Below are positions 37,429-46,407 of a stretch of DNA of 64,000 bases, piece after piece. Position 1 is the first letter of the stretch. Every line of letters starts with the position of its first letter. The notes below the pieces were generated by a model. That model had not been told where the DNA came from. It searched no databases and saw only the letters and a program-made list of their open reading frames with translations. The translations under genes were made by a program, and so were the position numbers. The DNA comes from an uncultured Pseudomonadota bacterium (lineage in GTDB: Bacteria; Chloroflexota; UBA5177; JAJPKF01). The stretch lies in NCBI GenBank assembly GCA_963836045.1, contig CAWIIC010000004.1, positions 77,283-141,282 on the forward strand, in the 5' to 3' direction.

Positions 37429-39054
37429 GTGGAAGCTAGTCATTTGCCTTTCATCGTGCGAACGGTATCATTGATGCAATCTCGCAGATTGGCATGCACA
37501 CAGGGGGCTCAGCTGATTAGACGTCGGACCCGAGTCGGTTCGCTGGTCGCACTCATCGTGTGTTTGGCTCTTGGCGGAGCAAGCCTGCGTTCAACTGCCA
37601 AAGCAGGGCCGAGCCTGGCGGCGGCATCAACTCGGCCTAACATCGTATTCGTGCTAACCGACGACCTGTCCTGGAACCTCGTTACACGGCAATTCATGCC
37701 GCATGTGATCCGACTAGAGCGGCAAGGCGAGACCTTCAGTCATTACATCGTTTCGGACTCTTTATGCTGTCCATCGCGCTCCACCATTTTCACGGGCCTC
37801 TTTCCGCACGACACGGGCGTATTCACAAACACCGGCAAAGATGGCGGATACTATGCCTTCACTCACCACAAGCCCAATTTAGAGACAAAGACCTATGCCG
37901 TGGCGATTAGAGCCGCAGGCTACCTGACATCGATGATGGGCAAATACCTCAACGGGTACGACCAGCCCAAGATGACCACACATATTCCGATGGGTTGGAC
38001 GGACTGGCACGTCGGGGGCGATGGCTATCCTGAGTTCAACTACTCTCTGACCGAGAATCGGTCGATAGCTTATTACCCCGGTCCTCCACCGAGGAGGCAT
38101 GACCCTAACTATCTAACCGATGTGCTGTCTCGTCGCGCCACGGCGCTCATTGCCCGATCCGCGAGCTTGCATAAGCCGTTTGTGATGGAGGTCGCGACCT
38201 TCGCACCGCACGCGCCGTACACCCCGGCGCCCCGCAACGCGAATGACTTCCCTGGGCTCACCGAACCGCGTGACGCTTCATTCGACGCCAACAACGTAAA
38301 CCCCCCAAAGTGGCTTGGAAAGCGGTCTCCGTTGACTGCGACTCAGGTCCTCCGCATCGATCGGGAGTTTCGCATGCGAGCCCAAGCAGTGGAAGCGGTG
38401 GACAGGCTCCTGGGCAATGTCGAGCATGCCCTCGCCGCCAAAGGTCTCAGCAAGAATACGTACATCGTGTTCAGCTCGGACAACGGCTACCATATGGGCC
38501 AGCACCGACTACTTCCAGGCAAGCTCACCGCCTTCGACACCGACATCCGCGTTCCGTTAATCGTCACCGGACCGGGGGTGCCGCACGGACGTGTCGTCCC
38601 TGAGATGGTGCAAAACATCGATCTCTACCCGACGTTCGTGCAGATAGCGGGGGCCAAGCCGAGCTTTCCGATTGACGGGCATAGCCTTGTACCCCTGCTG
38701 CATCCGGCGCGGTCACGGCCGGTCTGGCGAACAGCCGCGCTGATCGAGCATCACGGTCCCGACACCCCTCACGACCCAGACTATGAGAACGGAAAGCAGG
38801 GCGGAAATCCTTCCAGCTACGAGGCGATCCGGGTATCTGACAGGCAGTTCGGTAACGCCGTGTACGTCGAATACACACATACCGGCGAACGCGAGTACTA
38901 CAACATCGATGCCGACCCGTTTGAACGTAACAACACCTACAACAGCCTCAGTAAGGTACAGCGCGCGATGCTGCACAGCAGGCTGGTCGGGCTGGAGAAA
39001 TGCCACAACGCTGCCGCATGCTGGCTAGCGGCCGACCCTCAACCGCTGCCGTAA
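37429..39054 (+). CDS. Secreted sulfatase (Cys-type, formylglycine-dependent)
   Basis: NIVFVLTDD, SLCCPSRSTIFTG (CxPxR), SSDNGYHMG, and an N-terminal RRRTRV plus hydrophobic signal. The true start may be the internal ATG near 37474. Confidence 0.88.
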   Translation: MEASHLPFIVRTVSLMQSRRLACTQGAQLIRRRTRVGSLVALIVCLALGGASLRSTAKAGPSLAAASTRPNIVFVLTDDLSWNLVTRQFMPHVIRLERQGETFSHYIVSDSLCCPSRSTIFTGLFPHDTGVFTNTGKDGGYYAFTHHKPNLETKTYAVAIRAAGYLTSMMGKYLNGYDQPKMTTHIPMGWTDWHVGGDGYPEFNYSLTENRSIAYYPGPPPRRHDPNYLTDVLSRRATALIARSASLHKPFVMEVATFAPHAPYTPAPRNANDFPGLTEPRDASFDANNVNPPKWLGKRSPLTATQVLRIDREFRMRAQAVEAVDRLLGNVEHALAAKGLSKNTYIVFSSDNGYHMGQHRLLPGKLTAFDTDIRVPLIVTGPGVPHGRVVPEMVQNIDLYPTFVQIAGAKPSFPIDGHSLVPLLHPARSRPVWRTAALIEHHGPDTPHDPDYENGKQGGNPSSYEAIRVSDRQFGNAVYVEYTHTGEREYYNIDADPFERNNTYNSLSKVQRAMLHSRLVGLEKCHNAAACWLAADPQPLP

Positions 39055-39147
39055 GTCCAGGCATACCTCACCATCACTAGCTCGTGTTGCACGCCGTTCT
39101 GAATCGAGCGGGGCTCTGCTCTCCTCGGCTCAGCCGGTTCGGTAAGC

Positions 39148-39390
39148 TCAGGAAGGCTCGGACTCGAAACCATTGAAGACAGCAGGGGGGAAAGCAAATC
39201 CCAGCTCTCTCTCGGCCGCAGATATAGTTTCCAAAATCCGCCGCACGCTCTCGGGCTTCGGCCACCCGCGTCCTTCTTCAATCGCTTTGATCTGGTAGCG
39301 ACCTACCGTGGACTTCTCGGCTAGCGTATGACGGCACCAGTGCAGGTTTTTACGGCGTGCGTAAATCACCGCTCCGATTGTCGTGGGCAT
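39148..39390 (-). CDS. XRE-family helix-turn-helix protein
   Basis: IGAVIYARRKNLHWCRHTLAEKSTVGRYQIKAIEEGRGWPKPESVRRI fits the Cro/C1 HTH pattern. The start is placed at ATG 39390 so it does not overlap the LacI gene. Confidence 0.6.
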   Translation of the reverse strand: MPTTIGAVIYARRKNLHWCRHTLAEKSTVGRYQIKAIEEGRGWPKPESVRRILETISAAERELGFAFPPAVFNGFESEPS

Positions 39391-39481
39391 CTCACGGTCA
39401 AGGATGGGACGAGATTGGTCGATGGTTTGTTTGGTCACGAACTGAAATCCTCCATCCGGAACGTTTCGGGCGCTCAGGTTG

Positions 39482-40558
39482 CTATACCGGCACGACATCG
39501 CATGAACCTCGGACGATGAGCTCGGGGGGCACTATCAAGCGCTGTCCCTTATCGAGGAGGGAGCCGCCAAGTAAAAGACGAGCTTGCTGAACGGCGAGCC
39601 GAGCGAGCTCGCCGGAGTGCTGACGGACAGTGGTAAGGGCTGGAACAGTAAACTCTGCATACGGTATATCGTCAAAACCGATTACAGACATCTCTCCCGG
39701 CACTTGGATGCCTGCCCCCCACGCAGCCTTTAGAACTCCCACCGCAATATGGTCGGTCGACGCAAACACGGCCGTCGGGCGCGGCGTCAGTGAGCTGATG
39801 GCTTCGAGCGCCAGCTGACCTCCCCTGGGATCGTTGGTCGAGAAATGATGATAACCGTCTACCAGGGGCAGATCGCGCTCGTGAAAGAACTCAACCAGCG
39901 CGGTGCGCCGCTCCTGGACGTCCGCTATCCAGCCGGCATCGATGAAAGCGATCCGGCGATGCCCCAAGTCGTACAGGTGCTCCAGGGCCATACGTACTCC
40001 CAGCCGTTGATCGGAGCTTATAGTCGGCACGCCAGTGCTGCGCGCGCCCTGGCATAGAGCGACCAGTGGGATGCGCCCGGAACGCCCGGCAGACTGGAAA
40101 TTGCCCTTCACGTCGCCGATGACAATAATCGCGTCGCAGTGGCGGATGTCCGCGAGGATTTCCTCCAGCTCCCCGGCTTCGTCAGCACTGCTGTGCGCGT
40201 CGCCGAGCACAACGTTGTATCCATGGCGACGAGCCTCGGTCATGATGGCGTCCACCATCAGGGCGAAAAAGGGGTCAACGACCTCTCGCACTATCACACC
40301 GAGAAGATTTGTGCCTGAGCCACGAAGGCCACGGGCGAAAAGGTTCGGGCGGTAACCAACCTCGTGGCTTATGCGAAGAACGCGGCTTCTTGTCTCTTCG
40401 GCGATAGGAACGCGAGAATCGACCCCGCTGAGTATTCGCGACACCGTGCTTTGAGACACTCCCGCGAGGTGAGCCACTTCCTTCATAGTGACGACGTGAT
40501 TTTCGCTGCCTGGCTGGTGGTCGGCTCGGTGCTGATCGGCCCCGCCAGTCTTTGACAA
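39482..40558 (-). CDS. LacI-family transcriptional regulator
   Basis: VTMKEVAHLAGVSQSTVSRILSG HTH, followed by a periplasmic-binding-protein-like fold. Confidence 0.9.
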   Translation of the reverse strand: MSKTGGADQHRADHQPGSENHVVTMKEVAHLAGVSQSTVSRILSGVDSRVPIAEETRSRVLRISHEVGYRPNLFARGLRGSGTNLLGVIVREVVDPFFALMVDAIMTEARRHGYNVVLGDAHSSADEAGELEEILADIRHCDAIIVIGDVKGNFQSAGRSGRIPLVALCQGARSTGVPTISSDQRLGVRMALEHLYDLGHRRIAFIDAGWIADVQERRTALVEFFHERDLPLVDGYHHFSTNDPRGGQLALEAISSLTPRPTAVFASTDHIAVGVLKAAWGAGIQVPGEMSVIGFDDIPYAEFTVPALTTVRQHSGELARLAVQQARLLLGGSLLDKGQRLIVPPELIVRGSCDVVPV

Positions 40559-40834
40559 CGAATCACCTCAATCGATATACCGCATACGAATGCGTGCGCG
40601 GCGATTGATTATACGGGCGCGCTCCGAAATATTCAAGGCTTGAGAACTCGGCTTAAAAGATTGACATCACGGCATCCACGAGCGAGGTGAGACCTTACTC
40701 TGCGGAGACAGCCTCCGCCGCTCTTTTGGAATGTGAGGGTGATGTGAGGGCTGTGTCAGTGTTCTCAAAACTCATGTTGGGGCACAGTGAATGGTGAAGG
40801 TCCACATTCACCATCAGAAAAGAGAGGTAACACG

Positions 40835-43072
40835 ATGAGAAGATTACGGACGTTGGTTTCAGTCGGATTTGTCGCTGGGCTCCTTGGGGTAGCCCTGGCT
40901 CCAATAGGCTCGCAGGCAGCTAGCCTTCACCCCACTCTCGGGAAAGCGCACGCGTCCTCCAGCGCGGCTGCCGTCCCGGTCCAGATGCCGCCGGCCCAGT
41001 ACCTGTTTCACACCATCGACAACCCTGCCGACAAAACCTTCAACCAGCTGCTCGGCATCAACGACAATAACGTCATCGCCGGCTATTACGGCAGCGGCAC
41101 CCCGCCGACCAGCCATCCCAATAAGGGCTACCTGCTCTACTGGCCCTACACCCACAGCAATTTCAGCGCTGAGAACTTCCCCAATTCGCAGCAGACTCAG
41201 GCCATCGGGGTCAACAACGCCGGACACGTCGTCGGCTTTTGGGCCGATGCCGCCGGAAACAACTTCGGCTTCACCGATGTCAAAGGCTCGTTCAAGAAGG
41301 TGGTCGATCCCAAGACGCCCAAGGGCGGTACGGCCGTGAACCAGCTCCTGGGCATCAACAACCACGATGTCGCCGCGGGATTCTACGTCGACAAGAACGG
41401 GAACGCTCACGCCTACACCTATGACCTCAAACACAAGTCCTTCCACGCCGTCAATCCTCCTCACGCCACCGCCGCCACGGCTGCCGGCGTCAACGACAAA
41501 GGCGACGTTACCGGTTTCCTCACCAAGAAGAACGGCGATACCGCGGCCTTCCTCGAGCGGGGCGGCCACTTCAGCGTCTTCGAGTTCCCCGGCTCCACCA
41601 ACACCACCGCCTTCGGCCTGAACAACTCCGATGTCGTCGTCGGCTCCTACGTCGACAAGAACAACCAGACGCACGGGTTCATCCACGCCGGTGGCCTCTA
41701 CCAATCGATCGACGACCCCAACGGCGCCGCCGGCACCACCTTGATCAACGGCATCAACAATCACGACTCCATCGTCGGCTTCTCCACCGATGCCCAGGGC
41801 AACACCAATGGCTTCGAGGCCAACCCCGCCTGGAGCTACACCTTCCAGACCCTCAATAACTCCGCCGATCTCACCTTCAACCAGCTCCTCGGCATCAACG
41901 ACAGTGGTGTGATCGCCGGCTACTACGGCAGCGGTACTCCTCCCACCACCCATCCCAACAAGGGATACGTCCTCACCCCACCCTACGGACAGAACCACTA
42001 CAAGAAGGAAAACTTCCCCCATTCCCAGCAGACCCAGGTCACCGGTATCAACAACCAGAGCGACACCGTCGGCTTCTGGGTCAACGCCCAGGGCGTGAAC
42101 GTCGGCTTCACCGACATCAAGGGTCACTTCACGTCGGTCGTCGATCCCCAGACCCCCGCCCAGACAAGCAGAACGACTCCGGTCAACCAGCTCCTGGGCA
42201 TCAACAACCATCGGGTCGCCGCCGGCTTCTATGTCGACCTGAACGGGAACGCTCACGGCTACACCTATGACCTCAAACACAACTCCTTCCATGCCGTCAC
42301 TCCCCCGCACTCCACCAGCGTCACCGCTACCGGCATCAACGACAAGGGTGAGGTGTCCGGGTTCCTGACCGAAGCCAACGGCAACACCGCCGCCTTCCTC
42401 CAGCATGACGGCCCCCACTACGCCATCGTCGAATACCCCGGCTCCACCAACACCATGGCCTTCGGCGTCAACAACAGCGGCCAGATGGTAGGAACCTACA
42501 CCGACGCCCAGGGAAAGATGCACGGCTTCATCTACACCGACGGCACCTTCCAGAGCCTTGACGCTCCCAACGGCATCGGCTCTACCGTGATCAATGGGTT
42601 GAACAACAATGGCAACATCGTCGGCTTCTACACCGATGCGGCCGGCAACACCGACGGCTTCGAGGCCGCCATCGCCAAAACCGTCCTCTTCTCCACCGTC
42701 CTCAGCGGCAAGAACAACATCCCCGCCACCACCTCAACCGGATCCGGTGTCGGCAATGCCTGGCTGAACCCCGTCGACGATCAATTGACCGTCACCCTCT
42801 CCTGGTCAGGGCTCTCCAGCAACGTCACCGCCGCCCACATCCACAACGCCGCGGTCGGTCAGAACGGACCCGTCGCCACCGATGCCAACGGCCAGCCGCT
42901 CGCCTTCACGACACCGGCGGCGCCCAATGTCTTCGGCTCGATCGGCGTCGACACCTTCCAGCTCTCCCAGTCCGACGTCCAGCAGCTCGAGCAAGGCAAC
43001 TACTACATCAACATCCATACCACAAACTTCGTCGACGGCGAGCTGCGCGGACAGCTCATCCGCCAGGGATAA
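40835..43072 (+). CDS. Secreted protein with two tandem HAF-type extracellular-repeat modules and a C-terminal CHRD domain
   Basis: Signal peptide MRRLRTLVSVGFVAGLLGVALA. Repeated GINN.G.VVG.Y.D..G..HGF-type units. C-terminus LSGKNNIPATTSTGSGVGNAWL...AAHIHNAAVGQNGPV...YYINIHTTNFVDGELRGQL is CHRD-like. The start is taken at ATG 40835 after an AGAGAGG site. Confidence 0.8.
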   Translation: MRRLRTLVSVGFVAGLLGVALAPIGSQAASLHPTLGKAHASSSAAAVPVQMPPAQYLFHTIDNPADKTFNQLLGINDNNVIAGYYGSGTPPTSHPNKGYLLYWPYTHSNFSAENFPNSQQTQAIGVNNAGHVVGFWADAAGNNFGFTDVKGSFKKVVDPKTPKGGTAVNQLLGINNHDVAAGFYVDKNGNAHAYTYDLKHKSFHAVNPPHATAATAAGVNDKGDVTGFLTKKNGDTAAFLERGGHFSVFEFPGSTNTTAFGLNNSDVVVGSYVDKNNQTHGFIHAGGLYQSIDDPNGAAGTTLINGINNHDSIVGFSTDAQGNTNGFEANPAWSYTFQTLNNSADLTFNQLLGINDSGVIAGYYGSGTPPTTHPNKGYVLTPPYGQNHYKKENFPHSQQTQVTGINNQSDTVGFWVNAQGVNVGFTDIKGHFTSVVDPQTPAQTSRTTPVNQLLGINNHRVAAGFYVDLNGNAHGYTYDLKHNSFHAVTPPHSTSVTATGINDKGEVSGFLTEANGNTAAFLQHDGPHYAIVEYPGSTNTMAFGVNNSGQMVGTYTDAQGKMHGFIYTDGTFQSLDAPNGIGSTVINGLNNNGNIVGFYTDAAGNTDGFEAAIAKTVLFSTVLSGKNNIPATTSTGSGVGNAWLNPVDDQLTVTLSWSGLSSNVTAAHIHNAAVGQNGPVATDANGQPLAFTTPAAPNVFGSIGVDTFQLSQSDVQQLEQGNYYINIHTTNFVDGELRGQLIRQG
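41000..42673 (+). repeat. Intragenic tandem duplication, 2 x 837 nt (279 codons)
   Basis: Unit 1 starts at TAC 41000 (YLFHTIDNPADKTFNQLLGIND). Unit 2 starts at TAC 41837 (YTFQTLNNSADLTFNQLLGIND). Long near-identical DNA stretches recur at an offset of 837 nt, for example at 41039 and 41876, or 41336 and 42173. Confidence 0.88.
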
Positions 43073-43120
43073 CGAACGGCTCACCAATGAGGTGAGCGAC
43101 TGATATACGCCTCACAAGAG

Positions 43121-43158
43121 AGAGGGCAGGCCCAATGGGTCTGCCCTCTTTTGCTTGT
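43121..43158 (+). terminator. Intrinsic terminator after the HAF/CHRD gene
   Basis: agagggcag gcccaatgggt ctgccctct tttgcttgtt. A 9 bp stem, extendable through the loop, plus a T-rich tail. Confidence 0.7.
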
Positions 43159-43621
43159 TGGAGCAGGCCCACGTCTATCAGCCGCAACAAATCGTCCCTG
43201 TGTAGTTACTCTTGTCGCTGGTCGCGGCAGTCTCTAGCATCGGTTCGCATTTGCGACGTCTCGCTCCAGCTCGAAGGGCTTCACTCTTTCGACTCTCAGC
43301 CGCGACCCAGGGAAACGTCAGCCATGAGACCCGAGAAGATCGGGTCTCGGACCTATAGGGCTAGGCGCTTGGTCAGCGGATACTGTGACTAAACGCTTTG
43401 AACATCTCGGCGCCCAGCGTCAGATGGGCCGCCGAACAATTGAGACCAATTCCGTTGAGAGGAGGTGATGAGCCACGTAGGATCAGGGCTCAATGCAAGT
43501 CTGCAGACGAATGGGTGGGTCACGCAGGGCAAAGCTCCCGCCGACACCCAGAGCGGAAGGCCTCGGCACGTGTACACCGTGAACCGAGGACCAGTTATCT
43601 AGATTGCTAAGGAGAGACTCG

Positions 43622-44158
43622 ATGAAGACTATTCGAATTGCCGCGGTCCTCATGGCTGTGGCAATGGCTGGAGTTATTGCTAGCCCTGCATCCATGAGCG
43701 CCGCTACCGCAAAGACCAAGACCGTTGCCTTCAAAGGCTCCTATTCCGGCACGGCTTCGCTGCTGATCAGCGGGAAGTCGATCAAAGTTATGTCCGTTAA
43801 GGGGAGAGGATCGGCGTCTGTCGTTGGCGCCGGAACACTGTCCGGCACCGCTAAAGGCACGTCGAACGGAAGCAGCTCGTGCGTGCCGTTCAATGGCTCG
43901 GGAGCCATCAAGGGCGCATCGGGCACGATCAAGCTTTCCACCAGCATCAGCTCGGCAAAGGGTTGCAGCAGCGGCCAGAGCGGGCCCGTAACGATCACTA
44001 TCACCGGCACGGCAAAGGCCACCGGAGGCACCGGTAAGGCCAAGGGCGCCAATGGAAACCTCAAATACACGGGGAAGCTCCATCTGAAGAACACCACGGG
44101 ATCTCAGTCAGGAAGCTTCAACGCAAGCATCAGCGGCAAGCTGACGGTTAACAAGTAG
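43622..44158 (+). CDS. Secreted Gly/Ser/Thr/Lys-rich hypothetical protein
   Basis: AAGGAGAG RBS, then MKTIRIAAVLMAVAMAGVIASPASMSA signal peptide. The composition predicts a beta-rich protein. Confidence 0.6.
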   Translation: MKTIRIAAVLMAVAMAGVIASPASMSAATAKTKTVAFKGSYSGTASLLISGKSIKVMSVKGRGSASVVGAGTLSGTAKGTSNGSSSCVPFNGSGAIKGASGTIKLSTSISSAKGCSSGQSGPVTITITGTAKATGGTGKAKGANGNLKYTGKLHLKNTTGSQSGSFNASISGKLTVNK

Positions 44159-44192
44159 CCAGTTAAAGATGAAAGGCAGGTAGGAAGAAGCT

Positions 44193-44726
44193 ATGAAATC
44201 ACTGTTGCTCAAGCTCGGCATCGGAGTGATGATAGCCGCGACCAGCATAACAAGCGCAGCCGCGAGCCAAACGCAGTCGCCGGTCCAGGGCAATAAGCTC
44301 GCGGTAGTCCTGTCCGCTGACACGGTCGAGGGAGCCGGTGGGACGCCCGCCGCGGCACCATGTGCCATGACCAACCTGTTTCGTCAGGGCCAGATCGTGG
44401 TCTTCCGAATGTGGGGGGTCAACGTGAAGCTCGATGGAGCAGCTCTCACCGACAAGAACGTTATCTCGGCCGTCGTGAAGATCCCGGGACTTGCGAAGCC
44501 CCTACCCTTCACATACGGCCTACACGGAACGGCACCCAACCAGGTATCGTTTTGGACGGCGGTGTTCCCGACTAAGAGTTATCCGCTGGGAATCGTGAAC
44601 TTCACAATCGTGGTCAAGACCAAGGCCGTCAAGAAGACGGCGCATCAGAAGGCCGTTAAGTCGCTAACGGGCACATACACCCAAAAGGGTTTCGCTGCCC
44701 CGTCTCGACTCACGATCACGCCCTAG
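44193..44726 (+). CDS. Secreted hypothetical protein
   Basis: 177 aa with signal peptide MKSLLLKLGIGVMIAATSITSAAA. No recognisable catalytic motif. Confidence 0.6.
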   Translation: MKSLLLKLGIGVMIAATSITSAAASQTQSPVQGNKLAVVLSADTVEGAGGTPAAAPCAMTNLFRQGQIVVFRMWGVNVKLDGAALTDKNVISAVVKIPGLAKPLPFTYGLHGTAPNQVSFWTAVFPTKSYPLGIVNFTIVVKTKAVKKTAHQKAVKSLTGTYTQKGFAAPSRLTITP

Positions 44727-44805
44727 GTAGCCGGCTGCGGGCCCCGCTATACGGGCCCGCAGCAGCCCTCAAAGACCCTCCAAAGAAAGGAAGAGAAGAG
44801 CAGCC

Positions 44806-46407
44806 ATGAAAAGACTTTTGTCGATGCTTTCCCTTGGCGCGATCCTGATTGCGGGAGTGGGTGCGGTTCGGCTCGTTCCGGCGCTGCAGTCAACCGCCGC
44901 CCCAGCGAACGCGGCGCCGCCCGCGGCTACCACCGGTATCGCCCTCCCGGCGCCAAAGATTCCCGGCGTCGCCCATCTCCCGGGCCCGATAGCCGCCCCA
45001 GCTACCCTAAGCCCGAACCTAGGCATCCTCAACGTAACTCCAGAGCGAGGAGTTACGGGAACGCCTTTTACGATCTCCGGCGCAGGGCTGCAGAAGAACG
45101 CGCAGGTCACGCTCACGTGGTCGACATCCAACGTCACGTGGATGGCCGATCCTCAGCCCGACACCGTGAACTACCTGGGCCGTTCGGCCACGCCCCTCAC
45201 CGTCGTCATCAAAAAGACGACGACCAATAGTAGCGGCGCCTTCAACGTAAAGCTCAAGGCACCGAACGACTGGGGCGGGTTGCACGACATCTATGCAGTG
45301 ATCAACGGCGTCCAAATGGCTCACGGTGGATACCTCATCGATCGATCCGTCACGATGAGTCCCAAGAGTGGACCGATTGGCACGCCGATCACGGTTACGT
45401 ACCGCGGACTGGGCGCTTCTTTATACGAGGGCGGGGCATCCCTCTTGTACGACAACCACTACGCCGGCGAGATGATGGCTAACTGGACGCGTGGAACGGC
45501 ACAAGCGGTCATTCGGGCAGCCGGACCGGTTGGGAGGCACACGATCCAGGTAGGGGACGCCATCACTTACCTGTACATGAATCTGCAGCAATCGCCGCTG
45601 CCATGGGCCGTTGGCGCCACCAAGACGTTCAGAGTGACGAAAGACAACGGCCCCCCGAAACCGTCCATGGACTGGCCGGTCAACGTTGCTCCAACAGTCA
45701 GCGCTCGAACAACCCTGCAGCTTACGGGAGTTGATCCTCACAGTCAGGTCCATATGAAGCTGAGCTCGACTGGAGGGCCCGTGAACAGCCGGGTCGGCGT
45801 TAGCGCGTCAGGACTAACATCCAAGGGCGCCGTCAATCTCGTGTGGTCGACAGTCGTCGGCAGCCGTGTCAACTGCAAGGGCACATGCTGGGAGTTCGTG
45901 TCGGTGCCACTCGGCCAGATGACGCCCTCAGGTCCATCTCTCAAGACGAAAGTCTCGGTCCCCGACGGACTCGGTGGATGGCACGTGGTGCAGATCGTAC
46001 AGGGCGGCAAGATCATCGCTCAAGAGCCCTTCTTCGTGAAGGAGAGCATAGTCGGCAAGGGAGTGTCCTCGATCGTGGTCAAGCAGGGCCAGCCGTTCAG
46101 CGTCCATCTGAAAGGCATTGGCTGGACGCAGATCGACAACGTACGAGCCGTCGACTACGACAACAGCTACGTCGGATATGGTTGCGGGTTCAACTCACAG
46201 GGCGATGTCATCGTGCAGATGCATGCGACCGGCGGCCCTGGTACACACCTCATCGACATTTACCCGATGCTGTACACCCTTTCGCCATCGTTCGCGAACA
46301 CGCCGTACGGAATGGTGCCGTTCCTTACCTATGGGAAGGACTATCCCGGGCTGGCGCTCGGCTATCAGCTGCCCGCGGTCAGACTGGCGATCACCGTTGT
46401 GAAGTAG
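44806..46407 (+). CDS. Secreted protein with IPT/TIG-like immunoglobulin-fold repeats
   Basis: Signal peptide, a Pro/Ala linker, then repeated modules such as VTPERGVTGTPFTISGAG and MSPKSGPIGTPITVTYRG. Confidence 0.6.
   Translation: MKRLLSMLSLGAILIAGVGAVRLVPALQSTAAPANAAPPAATTGIALPAPKIPGVAHLPGPIAAPATLSPNLGILNVTPERGVTGTPFTISGAGLQKNAQVTLTWSTSNVTWMADPQPDTVNYLGRSATPLTVVIKKTTTNSSGAFNVKLKAPNDWGGLHDIYAVINGVQMAHGGYLIDRSVTMSPKSGPIGTPITVTYRGLGASLYEGGASLLYDNHYAGEMMANWTRGTAQAVIRAAGPVGRHTIQVGDAITYLYMNLQQSPLPWAVGATKTFRVTKDNGPPKPSMDWPVNVAPTVSARTTLQLTGVDPHSQVHMKLSSTGGPVNSRVGVSASGLTSKGAVNLVWSTVVGSRVNCKGTCWEFVSVPLGQMTPSGPSLKTKVSVPDGLGGWHVVQIVQGGKIIAQEPFFVKESIVGKGVSSIVVKQGQPFSVHLKGIGWTQIDNVRAVDYDNSYVGYGCGFNSQGDVIVQMHATGGPGTHLIDIYPMLYTLSPSFANTPYGMVPFLTYGKDYPGLALGYQLPAVRLAITVVK

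Noticed and set aside
40859-42523. A 554-aa ORF on the minus strand, antisense to the HAF/CHRD gene.
   Set aside because: The translation is Gly/Val/Asp/Ala-rich low complexity with no motifs. The plus-strand frame has a signal peptide, recognisable repeats and a CHRD domain. Long antisense ORFs are expected in GC-rich repetitive coding DNA.
43160-43600. A 440-nt non-coding gap examined for an ncRNA, a riboswitch or a small gene.
   Set aside because: I found only an isolated 9 bp hairpin (43326-43348) with no U-run. The overlapping 60-85 aa ORFs translate to implausible sequence. There is not enough evidence to call a feature.
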